A stretch of DNA of 33,599 nucleotides from an uncultured Ruminococcus sp. (GCA_946404705.1 CAMJES010000001.1:1-33599), one strand, 5' to 3'. Shown: positions 7,609 through 16,279, numbered from the stretch's first letter. Translations and numbers: made by a program. The notes: a model not told the origin generated them from the sequence alone.

Positions 7609-10143
7609 ATGAAAAAGACATTATTTAAGCGCGCGGTATGCGCAGGAGTTGCGGCAGCGCTGATGCTTTCGCTCGGCGGCTGCGGAAAAACAAGCAAACC
7701 CGAACTTGCGTCAAAGGACAATCTGTATTCGGCGAAGGAGATATCGCTTGACGGTTTTGACAGCATAAATGCAATGACTGCGAGCGGCGACAGGATATAC
7801 ATTGTCGGCAGCAAATCCATTGAAGTGAAAAACAGCGCTGCGACCGGTGAAAATTCCGATTCGGGCGTTATGGCTAAAGAAGCTTTGGGCGGAATGCTTG
7901 TCGATGAGATAAGCACAGAAGCGGCTTCGGATGACGCTGCGGAAGAGGGCGGCGAAACAGAGGAATCGGCAGGAGATGTTACAGAGGCTGTTACAGGAGA
8001 TATTGCGGAAGCACCCGAAGTGCTGTATTTCCAGCAATATTCGCTTGTTGCGCTTGATTATGACGGAAACAAGATATCGGAAAAGCTCATCTATGACGGT
8101 CAGGAAAAGGGCAGCAACGTCTGTATGAACGTTAACAACCTTTTTATGTCGGGCGAAAATGTCTGCATACTTGCGAATGAGAATTCATGGAATAACGAAA
8201 CAGGCGAATCGCAGGATACCTTCTATATCGAACGCTTTAATTCCGAACTTGGATCCGTTGGCAGGGTCGAGCTGGACAGCCTGAAAGAAAATTACGACTC
8301 GGACAATTATTTCTATATCAGCAATTACACCGAGGACAAGGAAGGCAACGGATATGTTCTTGTTGACAACAGCATTATGGTCTTGGACTCAAACGGTAAG
8401 TATCAGTTCACGCTGAAAATGGAGGACAGCGCTTCACAGAATGCAGGTTCAAACATTGCAAACGTTGTCTGCGGCAAAAACGGCACAGTTTATGTATTTA
8501 TCAATTCCTATACTATCACCGATGACAACTATGAGTCAAAAACTGTCGCAAAGACTGTTGACCTTGCCAAAAAAGGCTTCGGTGATGTTGAATACCCCGT
8601 TTCGATATCGGCATACAGCACTATGAATTCTGCCGGAGATGTGTACGATATGGTATATAACGGCGATACAACGCTTTACGGCTACAACGTTGAAACGGAC
8701 GAGAAAACCACTATCATCGACTGGATAAAATCGGGTATCGATACAACTGCGCTTGAAACGATAATCGTTTCCCCCGACGGCAGGATCATCTATTCCTCAC
8801 ATAATTATGAGATCAATCCGGGCGGCGGCTATTCTTACAGCGACGGCGACCTTATCATCAATATCCTTACAAAGATAGACCCGTCCGAAATTCCCGACAA
8901 GGAACTTATAACAATGTCCACGATGTACATTCCGTACAGTGTCAAGAGCAAGATAAGCGAATTCAACAAGAACAGCGACAAATATCAGATCGAAGTAACT
9001 TCCTATCTTGACAACGACTGGTCAAACTATGACGACTGCTTAAAGCGTTTTAACAACGACCTTGTTGCGGGAAATATCCCCGATATCCTTGTTGTTGACA
9101 GCCAGCTTCCGTTCAACAGCTATGTTTCAAAGGGACTTATCGCAGACCTTGGCCCCATTATGGAAAAGGACGAAACTTTCAACCGCGCGGATTATCTTGA
9201 AAACGTGCTGGAGGCACTCTCGATAGGCGGAAAGCTTTACCGCATCGCGCCTTCGTTCAGCATTCAGACTATCGCTGCAAAGAAGTCTATTGTTGGCGAC
9301 AAGCAGAGCTGGACAATTGACGATTTCATTGCCGTTCACGAGGCTTATCCCGACAGCGAAATGTTAATGGAAATGACAAACTCAAATTTTGTCAGCAACA
9401 TGATAATGTATAACATGAACCAGTTCGTCAACGCTGAAACGGGCGAATGCAGCTTCAATTCCGACTCGTTCAAAAAGATACTCGAATATGCAAACACTCT
9501 CCCGACCGAGATAGACTATGATTCGCTTTATAATGATGACAGCTATTGGATGAAGCGTGAAATGGCATACCGTGACAATACTGCTATCCTCAAGCAGGAA
9601 TATATCTATGACCTTCGTGTTCTCAAACAGGACGAGGCGGCATATTTCGGCGAGCCTGTAACGTTTATCGGCGTTCCCTCCGACACCGGAAACGGTTCAA
9701 TGCTTCAGGTAAACACTTCCCTTTCCATCACTTCCAAGGCAAAGAACCCCGACGGCGCATGGGAATTCATAAAGACCCTTCTCACCGATGAAGCGCAGGA
9801 AAATCCGGACGGCTTCCCGATAAAGGTTTCCGCTTTCAACAAGCTTGCCGAGAAGGCTAAGGAACGTCCTTACTGGGAGAACGAAAACGGCGAAAAGGAA
9901 TACTATGACGATCAGATATGGATCGGCGATCAGACCGTTACGATCGAACCCAACACCGATGAGGACAACGAGCGCATGATAGATTTCATCAAATCGGTTA
10001 AGAACGTATATGAATATGACACCGACCTTTTCAAGATCATTGACGAAGAGGTTCAGGCTTATTTCAGCGGTCAGAAATCCGTTGACGAAGTTGCAGACAT
10101 CATTCAGAACCGTGCAAGCACTTACATCAGCGAAAACAGATAA
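7609..10143 (+). CDS. Extracellular solute-binding lipoprotein (family 1-like SBP) with an N-terminal extension of about 430 aa
   Basis: 844 aa. Signal peptide plus lipobox: AAALMLSLGGC. The C-terminal ~410 aa look like a sugar SBP (..YQIEVTSY..NDLVAGNIPDILVVDS..GKLYRIAPSFS..). The N-terminal part has repeated beta-strand blades (DRIYIVGS, ENVCILANE, NGYVLVDNSIMVLDSNGK, NGTVYVFINS, DGRIIYSS). Confidence 0.75.
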   Translation: MKKTLFKRAVCAGVAAALMLSLGGCGKTSKPELASKDNLYSAKEISLDGFDSINAMTASGDRIYIVGSKSIEVKNSAATGENSDSGVMAKEALGGMLVDEISTEAASDDAAEEGGETEESAGDVTEAVTGDIAEAPEVLYFQQYSLVALDYDGNKISEKLIYDGQEKGSNVCMNVNNLFMSGENVCILANENSWNNETGESQDTFYIERFNSELGSVGRVELDSLKENYDSDNYFYISNYTEDKEGNGYVLVDNSIMVLDSNGKYQFTLKMEDSASQNAGSNIANVVCGKNGTVYVFINSYTITDDNYESKTVAKTVDLAKKGFGDVEYPVSISAYSTMNSAGDVYDMVYNGDTTLYGYNVETDEKTTIIDWIKSGIDTTALETIIVSPDGRIIYSSHNYEINPGGGYSYSDGDLIINILTKIDPSEIPDKELITMSTMYIPYSVKSKISEFNKNSDKYQIEVTSYLDNDWSNYDDCLKRFNNDLVAGNIPDILVVDSQLPFNSYVSKGLIADLGPIMEKDETFNRADYLENVLEALSIGGKLYRIAPSFSIQTIAAKKSIVGDKQSWTIDDFIAVHEAYPDSEMLMEMTNSNFVSNMIMYNMNQFVNAETGECSFNSDSFKKILEYANTLPTEIDYDSLYNDDSYWMKREMAYRDNTAILKQEYIYDLRVLKQDEAAYFGEPVTFIGVPSDTGNGSMLQVNTSLSITSKAKNPDGAWEFIKTLLTDEAQENPDGFPIKVSAFNKLAEKAKERPYWENENGEKEYYDDQIWIGDQTVTIEPNTDEDNERMIDFIKSVKNVYEYDTDLFKIIDEEVQAYFSGQKSVDEVADIIQNRASTYISENR

Positions 10144-10156
10144 AATAACATAACCT

Positions 10157-10190
10157 ATCCCCGTTTGTGTAACAGCAAACGGGGATTTTT
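10157..10190 (+). terminator. Rho-independent terminator of the transporter operon
   Basis: ATCCCCGTTTG (10157-10167) pairs with CAAACGGGGAT (10176-10186), followed by TTTTT. Confidence 0.8.
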
Positions 10191-10199
10191 CATATTATA
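10172..10199 (+). promoter_or_regulatory. Possible sigma-K-type promoter for dpaAB
   Basis: AC (10172-10173), 17 nt, CATATTATA (10191-10199) fits the AC-N16/17-CATAnnnTA sigma-K pattern. spoVF is sigma-K dependent in B. subtilis. This is a motif match only. Confidence 0.25.
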
Positions 10200-10232
10200 A
10201 GTACAAAGGGAAATAAGGAAAGGATGTAATGT

Positions 10233-11114
10233 ATGAAAAAGAGATTTCTTATAGCAGGCGGAGATCTTCGCTTTGTAAAGCTTGCGGAGTTTCTCAAAGA
10301 AAACGGCTGCTTTGTAAATACGATCGGCTTTGACAACGGTATTCCTGCGAGCGGAGGGATACATAACATAAAAAATCTTATCTCGCTCAACGAAAAGACC
10401 GACTGTCTTATCCTCCCATTGCCAGTGAGCATTGACGGAGAGAACATTAACTGCCCCTATTCCGACATAAAACTATCCGCGGAAACACTTGCCGCCGCAG
10501 TTTCCGAAAACGGCATTGTCTTCGGCGGACGTTTCCCCAACGGACTTAAGGAAAAGCTTCATAAGCGCGGACTGACGGTGATAGACTACTCCGAAAGAGA
10601 GGAGTTTGCCGTTATGAACGCCGAAGCCACCGCCGAGGGAGCTTTGCAGGCGGCTATGGAGGAAACCGACCGAACGATAATGGGACAGCGGATACTTATC
10701 ATCGGAATGGGACGCATCGCCAAAGCGCTTATACACATTTTGCAGGGCTTCAACGCCGAGATAACAGCCGCGGCAAGGAAATACTCCGACCGTTCGTGGG
10801 CTGAGATATACGGCTGCAGAACTGCCGATATAAGCGCGCTTGACAAGGAGCTTGAAAGAGCAACGATAGTGTTCAATACCGTGCCTGTGCCGCTGCTTGA
10901 CGAGCGGCTTTTGAAAAAGGTCAACAAGGACTGTCCTGTGATAGACCTTGCGTCAAAGCCGGGCGGAGTTGATTTTGAAAGCGCGGCAAGGATAGGCGTG
11001 AAAACGCTCTGGCTGCTGTCGCTTCCCGGCAAAGCCGCGCCGACAACGGCAGGCATAACGATAGGAAAAACGATACTTAACATACTGGAGGAAAGGGGAG
11101 AGGAATTTGTCTGA
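10233..11114 (+). CDS. dpaA: Dipicolinate synthase subunit A
   Basis: 293 aa starting MKKRFLIAGGDLRFVKLAEFL. Rossmann motif ILIIGMGRIAKAL. Followed by the flavoprotein B subunit, matching the SpoVFA family pattern. Confidence 0.9.
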   Translation: MKKRFLIAGGDLRFVKLAEFLKENGCFVNTIGFDNGIPASGGIHNIKNLISLNEKTDCLILPLPVSIDGENINCPYSDIKLSAETLAAAVSENGIVFGGRFPNGLKEKLHKRGLTVIDYSEREEFAVMNAEATAEGALQAAMEETDRTIMGQRILIIGMGRIAKALIHILQGFNAEITAAARKYSDRSWAEIYGCRTADISALDKELERATIVFNTVPVPLLDERLLKKVNKDCPVIDLASKPGGVDFESAARIGVKTLWLLSLPGKAAPTTAGITIGKTILNILEERGEEFV

Positions 11115-11700
11115 TAATATTTCAAGTCTTTCGGGCGTCAAGATCGGCTATGCCCTCTGCGGCAGCTTCTGTACCTTTTCACGCTCAATAGAACAGCTGA
11201 AAAGGCTGAAAGAAACGGGCGCAGATATCACGGCAATAATGTCGTTCAACGCTTCAAGCATAGATACACGCTTCGGCACAGCGGAAAGCTTCCGAAAAAC
11301 GATCGAGGAGATAACCGAAAAGCCGATAATACTTACGATAGAGGGCGCAGAACCGATAGGCCCAATGAAAATGTTCGATGTGCTGGCAATATGCCCCTGC
11401 ACGGGAAATACAATGGCAAAGCTTGCGAATTCGATAGTCGATACACCTGTGACAATGGCAGCAAAGTCGCATATCCGCAACGGCAGACCGATAGTTATCG
11501 CAGCAGCGACAAATGACGGCCTTGCAGGCAGCGCAAAGAATATCGGCGCATTGATGAATTATAAGGAATACTATTTTGTTCCGCTCGGCCAGGACGACAG
11601 CGAAAAAAAGCCGCGTTCGCTCGTTGCGGATTTCAACGAGCTGGGCGATACGATAATCGCCGCGCTGAACGGAAAACAGTTTCAGCCGCTGATAATATAA
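11107..11700 (+). CDS. dpaB: Dipicolinate synthase subunit B (flavoprotein)
   Basis: 197 aa. TTG start overlaps the dpaA stop by 8 nt, and a GGGGAGAGG SD lies upstream. KIGYALCGSFCTF and CPCTGNTMAKLANSI are typical of SpoVFB and flavoprotein family members. Confidence 0.9.
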   Translation: MSDNISSLSGVKIGYALCGSFCTFSRSIEQLKRLKETGADITAIMSFNASSIDTRFGTAESFRKTIEEITEKPIILTIEGAEPIGPMKMFDVLAICPCTGNTMAKLANSIVDTPVTMAAKSHIRNGRPIVIAAATNDGLAGSAKNIGALMNYKEYYFVPLGQDDSEKKPRSLVADFNELGDTIIAALNGKQFQPLII

Positions 11701-11883
11701 TTAGGAATTCGGAATTCGGAATGCGGAATTATTGTGAAACCAACGTATGCAGTTAAAACCGCGAAGCGGACGAAAAGTTTACGTTAATTCTGTAAGAATT
11801 AACGTAAACTTTTGTCCGCTTCGCGGTTTGCAAACATATATTGGAGTTCGCAATAATTACGCATTACGAATTACGCATTAAAT
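11701..11883. repeat. Intergenic palindromic element, likely a bidirectional terminator. A core hairpin is flanked by 7-mer tandem repeats.
   Basis: Core stem 11756-11791 pairs with 11795-11829: 35 bp, one bulged G, loop GTA. Left flank is GGAATTC GGAATTC GGAATGC GGAATTA (11704-11731). Right flank is AATTACG CATTACG AATTACG CATTAAA (11855-11882). The two flanks are imperfect reverse complements of each other. The element fills the whole spacer between the convergent dpaB and pheT stops. Confidence 0.85.
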
Positions 11884-14313
11884 TTATGCTCTGAGTTCTG
11901 CGCCGAGCTTTGCAAGCTCCTTGATAACACGCTTCATTGCTGCGTCTGCCTGCTCGTCGGTGAGAGTGCCTTCATGCGAACGCATCGAGATAGCAAATGC
12001 TACGGATTTCTTGCCTTCGCCGACCTGCTTGCCCTTGTAAACGTCGAAAAGCTCTACTTTTTCAAGCGTGTTTCCGACTGCGCCCTTTATTGCCTTTTCA
12101 AGTGCTGCAACTGCAAGCTTGTCATCACATACAACAGCAATATCACGAGTCGTTGCAGGGAACTTTGGCAGCGGCTTGTAGACCTTGTCGCCCTCTGCTG
12201 CTGCAATTTCCATCATTTCGGGGATTTCAAGCTTTGCGGCATAAGCCTTTACTCCGATACCATAATTTTCAAGCACAACGGGAGCAAGCTCGCCGAATAT
12301 GCCGAAAACCTTGCCGTTCTTGCTTACAACGGCACATCTTCCGGGGTGGAATGCACTTGCTTCGGGATAAACTGCCGTATCTGTGCAAGCTTCAAATTCG
12401 CACTCGCCTAGTCCCATTTCGTCAAGTACGGCTTCTATCTTGCCTTTGAGCAGGAAGAAATCGGCGTCCTTGCCGAACATACCTATTGCAAGTCTTGCAG
12501 GCTCCTCGGGAAGCTCCTTGCCCGAAACGGGGATGTATTCATTGCCTATCTCAAAGAGGTAAGCTTCGGGGTTGCGGTTATTGTAGTTTCTTGCAAGAAC
12601 TTCACACATGGACGGAATTATCGTTGTTCTCATTACCGAAGTATCTTCACCAAGCGGATTTGTGATAGTAACTGTTTTGCGCAGAGTGCTGTCTGCAGGA
12701 AGATTTATCTTGTCGAAATATTTCGGACTAACAAAGGAGTATGTCGAAATTTCATAGCAGCCGAGCGCTGTCATAGCGTTTGCAAGCTTGCGCTCAAACT
12801 TCTGCTTAGGTGTGAGCTGTGCTTCGGCAACGCCGCGGATAACGGTCTTCGGTATATTGTTGTAGCCGTAAAGACGAGCGACTTCTTCTGCGATATCCGA
12901 CTTGCACTCAATGTCAACTCTGTATGCAGGAGCGTAAGCAACGCCGTCCTTGACTGTGAAATCAAGCTTGTTGAGGTAGCCTATCATCTGCTCCTCGGGG
13001 ATATCCGTGCCAAGGAACTTATTTATCCATTCTGCGCTGAACGGAGCGGATTTCTGCGTGTCAACGCCGTTCGAAACCTTGATATATTCCGTTACAACTT
13101 CTCCGCAGCCGAGCATTTCAACAAGTTCAAGTGCGCGTCTGAGTGCAGGTTCAGCCATTCTCGGGTCAAGTCCCTTTTCAAAGCGTGAGGAAGCGTCCGT
13201 TCTCATTCCGAGTGCCTTTGCGGTCGTTCTTACGCTTGCACCGTCGAAGCAGGCTGCTTCAAATACAACATCGACTGTATCGTCCATAATTCCGCTGTAT
13301 TCGCCGCCCATTACGCCTGCAACTGCGACAGGCTTCTTTGCGTCTGCGATAACGAGCATATTTTCGGTAAGCTCACGCTCAACACCGTCAAGAGTCGTTA
13401 TCTTTTCACCGTTCTTTGCACGGCGAACGTCAATGGACGAGCCTTCAAGATAGCGTATATCAAAAGCGTGCATAGGCTGACCGTATTCAAGCATTACATA
13501 GTTCGTGATATCGACAAAATTATTGATAGGACGAACGCCGCTTGCACGAAGACGCTCACGCATCCAGCGCGGCGACATTCCGACCTTAACATTCTTTACA
13601 ACTGCTGCGATATAAATCGAGCATTTCTCCTTGTCGGAAATTGTAACGCTTTTGAGCATATCCTTTGCGCTGCCGCCGATGCCCTTTATCTCGGGTTCGT
13701 GGAGATTGAGCGGCAGGTCAAACGTAGCCGCAGTTTCACGAGCAAGTCCGATAACGCTCATACAGTCGGGGCGGTTTGAGGTTATTTCAAATTCAACCGT
13801 TGTATCGCCAAGACCGATTGCCTCCTTTATGTCCATTCCAAGCTTAAGCTCGGGACAACCCTCTTCCTGCTGTAAAAGGAAGATACCGTCTGCAATTGCA
13901 TAAGGGAAATCGTGCGTTGTAAGTCCGAGTTCGCCCAAAGAGCAGAGCATACCGTTCGATTCAACGCCGCGAAGCTTGCCCTTTTTGATCTTTACGCCGT
14001 TCGGGAGCGTAGAACCGTCCATTGCAACGGGAACGATATCCCCTGCCTTAACGTTGGGCGCACCGGTAACGATCTGTATAGGCTCGCCGTTTCCAGCCGT
14101 GCCTACATCGACCTGACATACGACAAGGTGGTCGGAGTTTTCGTGCGGAACAACGGAAAGCAGCTTTCCGACAACTACCTTGCTAATTTCGGAACCCTCC
14201 GTGTCATAACGCTCAACTTTAGAGCCGCTAATTGTAAGACCAGAGCAGAATTCCTTTATACTCATATCTCCGATATCAACATAATCGGAGAGCCATTTCA
14301 TTGATAAATCCAT
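11884..14313 (-). CDS. pheT: Phenylalanine--tRNA ligase beta subunit
   Basis: 809 aa starting MDLSMKWLSDYVDIGD. It has tRNA-binding, B3/4, B5 and FDX-ACB-like segments. GGAGG lies 9 nt upstream of ATG 14313. An alternative ATG at 14301 lacks an SD at good spacing. Confidence 0.95.
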   Translation of the reverse strand: MDLSMKWLSDYVDIGDMSIKEFCSGLTISGSKVERYDTEGSEISKVVVGKLLSVVPHENSDHLVVCQVDVGTAGNGEPIQIVTGAPNVKAGDIVPVAMDGSTLPNGVKIKKGKLRGVESNGMLCSLGELGLTTHDFPYAIADGIFLLQQEEGCPELKLGMDIKEAIGLGDTTVEFEITSNRPDCMSVIGLARETAATFDLPLNLHEPEIKGIGGSAKDMLKSVTISDKEKCSIYIAAVVKNVKVGMSPRWMRERLRASGVRPINNFVDITNYVMLEYGQPMHAFDIRYLEGSSIDVRRAKNGEKITTLDGVERELTENMLVIADAKKPVAVAGVMGGEYSGIMDDTVDVVFEAACFDGASVRTTAKALGMRTDASSRFEKGLDPRMAEPALRRALELVEMLGCGEVVTEYIKVSNGVDTQKSAPFSAEWINKFLGTDIPEEQMIGYLNKLDFTVKDGVAYAPAYRVDIECKSDIAEEVARLYGYNNIPKTVIRGVAEAQLTPKQKFERKLANAMTALGCYEISTYSFVSPKYFDKINLPADSTLRKTVTITNPLGEDTSVMRTTIIPSMCEVLARNYNNRNPEAYLFEIGNEYIPVSGKELPEEPARLAIGMFGKDADFFLLKGKIEAVLDEMGLGECEFEACTDTAVYPEASAFHPGRCAVVSKNGKVFGIFGELAPVVLENYGIGVKAYAAKLEIPEMMEIAAAEGDKVYKPLPKFPATTRDIAVVCDDKLAVAALEKAIKGAVGNTLEKVELFDVYKGKQVGEGKKSVAFAISMRSHEGTLTDEQADAAMKRVIKELAKLGAELRA

Positions 14314-14352
14314 TTTATAAAACCTCCAAATTATTAATTGAGAATTGATAAT

Positions 14353-14389
14353 TTGCCTTTGGGAAACCTAAACAGTTCTTGAATAATGT
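14353..14389. repeat. Left arm of a 37-bp inverted repeat bracketing the pheS-pheT insert
   Basis: TTGCCTTTGGGAAACCTAAACAGTTCTTGAATAATGT. Its reverse complement matches 14914-14950 at 33 of 37 positions. Confidence 0.85.
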
Positions 14390-14422
14390 TGAAAAAACTG
14401 TTCCTACAATTGATACTTAATA

Positions 14423-14875
14423 TCAAACATTTTCCGAGTTTTCCTTATCTTGCTTTGATGCAAGATATTCCAAAAACTCTTTTGTGCCGTTTTGGCTCGG
14501 TGTAAGTCCGTACTCCTTACCGTTTTTCATACGGAGAATAACCGTTACGGCAGGTCCTTCGGTCACTGAATATATCCGTTCTATATCGTCATAGCCGAAT
14601 GTGACCGGTTTTGAAAGAAAGCGCATTATTGTAAATTTTTCTTCTCCCCAATACCATACGTTTTTTGCGGCGGCAACACCGGAAAATGCCGAAAGTGCTG
14701 CCAATAAGATGAATACCGCAAATACCGCTGCCGAGGACAGAACTGCAAAATTAACTATTATCCCCGCTATAACAAGCACTCCGGCAAAAATGTAAAGTCC
14801 TATGGTTACCCCTTTGCCTGAGCAGATACAACCTAAGGGTTCGTAATCCAATTTGCTGCTGTTATTATCTGTCAT
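14423..14875 (-). CDS. Hypothetical membrane protein (2 TM helices plus a small C-terminal soluble domain)
   Basis: 150-aa ORF with GGAGGGG 5 nt upstream of the ATG. TM1 is VTIGLYIFAGVLVIAGIIVNFAV and TM2 is AAVFAVFILLAALSAFSGVAAA. The C-terminal ~70 aa (WYWGEEKFTIMRFLSKPVTFGYDDIERIY..) may be PH-like. Family not recognised. Confidence 0.6.
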   Translation of the reverse strand: MTDNNSSKLDYEPLGCICSGKGVTIGLYIFAGVLVIAGIIVNFAVLSSAAVFAVFILLAALSAFSGVAAAKNVWYWGEEKFTIMRFLSKPVTFGYDDIERIYSVTEGPAVTVILRMKNGKEYGLTPSQNGTKEFLEYLASKQDKENSENV

Positions 14876-14913
14876 TTTATCCCCTCCGTTTTTTCTATTA
14901 GAAATAACTCTTC

Positions 14914-14950
14914 ACATTATTCAAGAATTGTTTAGACTTCCCGAAGGCAA
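14914..14950. repeat. Right arm of the 37-bp inverted repeat
   Basis: ACATTATTCAAGAATTGTTTAGACTTCCCGAAGGCAA, ending 9 nt from the pheS stop codon. Confidence 0.85.
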
Positions 14951-14958
14951 CATTCGGA

Positions 14959-15978
14959 TCAGAACTGACCCAAGAATCTCATATCATTCTCATAAAGCAA
15001 TCTCATATCGCCTATCTTGTAGCGTCCCATTGTAATACGTTCAAGGCCGATGCCGAACGCAAAGCCGCTGTAAACCTCGGGGTCGATGCCGCAGCCTTCG
15101 AGTACCTTCGGGTGAACCATTCCTGCGCCGAGCAGCTCAATGTATCCCTCGTTCTTGCAGAGAGGACAGCCTGCGCCGTGGCAGTTAAAGCACATCATAT
15201 CGACCTCTGCGGACGGCTCCGTGTAGGGGAAGTGGTGAGGACGAAGACGTATCTGACAATCCTCGCCGTAAATTCTCTTCATAAGCAGTTCAAGCGTACC
15301 GTTGAGATCTGCCATTGTGATGCCCTTGTCAACAACAAGTCCCTCTATCTGGTGGAAGAGAGGTGAATGTGTAGCGTCCACCGTATCGGAACGGTAAACT
15401 CTGCCCGGAGAGATGATGCGGATAGGCGGCTTCTTGTTCTCCATTGTTCTTATCTGAACGGAGGAGGTCTGTGTGCGGAGAACAACGTTGTCGTTGATAT
15501 AGAATGTGTCCTGCGTATCTCTTGCAGGGTGGTGCTTGGGCATATTGAGTGCCTCAAAGCAGTAGTGGTCGGTTTCGACCTCGGGACCTTCCGCGATCTC
15601 AAAGCCCATTCCGAGGAAAACTTCCTTTATATCGTTGAGCGTTGCGGTCAGCGGATGAAGCTTGCCTATCTTCTGCTTTGTGCCGGGCATTGTAACGTCA
15701 AGCGTTTCGGCTTCAAGCTGCTTCTTTGCAAGCTCGGATTTAAGCGCCTGCATACGGGCGGAGATGTTCTCCTCGATATCGGAGCGGACTTTATTTGCAA
15801 GCTGTCCGATAACGGGACGTTCCTCTGCGGAAAGTCCGCCCATCTGCTTCAAAATTCCGGTAAGCTCGCCCTTTTTGCCGAGGAATTTTACTCGGAGGTT
15901 TTCAAGCACATCCAGACTTTCGCATTTGTCAAGCTCCTCATGCGCAAGGCTCTTGATCTTTTCAAGCTGTTCTTTCAT
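14959..15978 (-). CDS. pheS: Phenylalanine--tRNA ligase alpha subunit
   Basis: 339 aa. Class II motifs: [32 protein letters not shown]. Confidence 0.95.
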   Translation of the reverse strand: MKEQLEKIKSLAHEELDKCESLDVLENLRVKFLGKKGELTGILKQMGGLSAEERPVIGQLANKVRSDIEENISARMQALKSELAKKQLEAETLDVTMPGTKQKIGKLHPLTATLNDIKEVFLGMGFEIAEGPEVETDHYCFEALNMPKHHPARDTQDTFYINDNVVLRTQTSSVQIRTMENKKPPIRIISPGRVYRSDTVDATHSPLFHQIEGLVVDKGITMADLNGTLELLMKRIYGEDCQIRLRPHHFPYTEPSAEVDMMCFNCHGAGCPLCKNEGYIELLGAGMVHPKVLEGCGIDPEVYSGFAFGIGLERITMGRYKIGDMRLLYENDMRFLGQF

Positions 15979-16039
15979 AAATTTCTACCATTCCTTTCCG
16001 TGTTCCGCTTATGCAGAACCATTATATTCATAAAATTTT

Positions 16040-16244
16040 CCCAACTAAAAAAGCCTGCCCCGAAACGGGACAAGCCATAGCCTGCTTATAACCACCCATT
16101 TTCTAAGGAACCGACATTCCCCTTGCCTTAACGCGGCATACGTCAACAGCTACAAACGCAAAAGCGTCTTCACCGCTGCCACTACGGAGCGAAATTTCAG
16201 CTTTGCAATATTTAAGGATATCCCAGCCTTGTATCCTCTCTCTT
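16040..16244 (-). promoter_or_regulatory. T-box riboswitch leader (Phe specifier) controlling pheST
   Basis: On the minus strand:
- AAUGGGUGGUUA T-box core (rc of 16089-16100), directly upstream of and overlapping the alternative pairing partner of the terminator.
- F-box-like GCGUUAAGG.
- AGAGAGAGG near the 5' end.
- GAAAUUUCG with UUC (16191-16193) followed by a purine, as the candidate specifier.
The position upstream of pheS is canonical for Firmicutes. Confidence 0.75.
16046..16075 (-). terminator. T-box leader intrinsic terminator
   Basis: Minus-strand RNA GCUUGUCCCG-UUU-CGGGGCAGGC (rc of 16053-16075), followed by UUUUUU (16047-16052). Confidence 0.75.
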
Positions 16245-16250
16245 TGAAAC

Positions 16251-16279
16251 ATTATCCGCAAAGCCTACAACTCTTTAAA
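16251..16279 (-). promoter_or_regulatory. Candidate promoter of the pheST T-box leader
   Basis: Minus strand: TTTAAA (rc of 16274-16279), 17 nt, GATAAT (rc of 16251-16256). The predicted TSS falls just before the AGAGAG Stem I region. Confidence 0.4.

Larger units (their letters stand above)
14353..14950. mobile_element. Candidate inverted-repeat-bounded insertion cassette (598 bp, one ORF, no transposase)
   Basis: 37-bp imperfect terminal inverted repeats enclose a single 150-aa ORF. The segment is visibly more AT-rich than pheS and pheT. It sits in a spacer that is normally only a few nt long. No target-site duplication was recognised. Confidence 0.35.

Noticed and set aside
11704-11731. 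Tandem 7-mers considered as a CRISPR array, minisatellite or coding repeat
   Set aside because: The units are only 7 nt with no spacers. There are four copies on each side, mirrored as arms of a palindrome. This is not CRISPR architecture.
15367-16080. Long antisense ORFs inside well-supported genes: 15367..16080 (+) in pheS, 10586..11125 (-) in dpaA, 4952..5596 (-) in the adaptor gene, 17718..18326 and 18468..19010 (-) in nnr, 13007..13453 (+) in pheT, 22080..22553 (+) in the rlu gene, 28025..28432 (-) in rnfC
   Set aside because: Each is fully contained in the opposite strand of a gene with clear family motifs. They lack SDs and encode Arg/Cys/Ser-rich or otherwise compositionally odd peptides.
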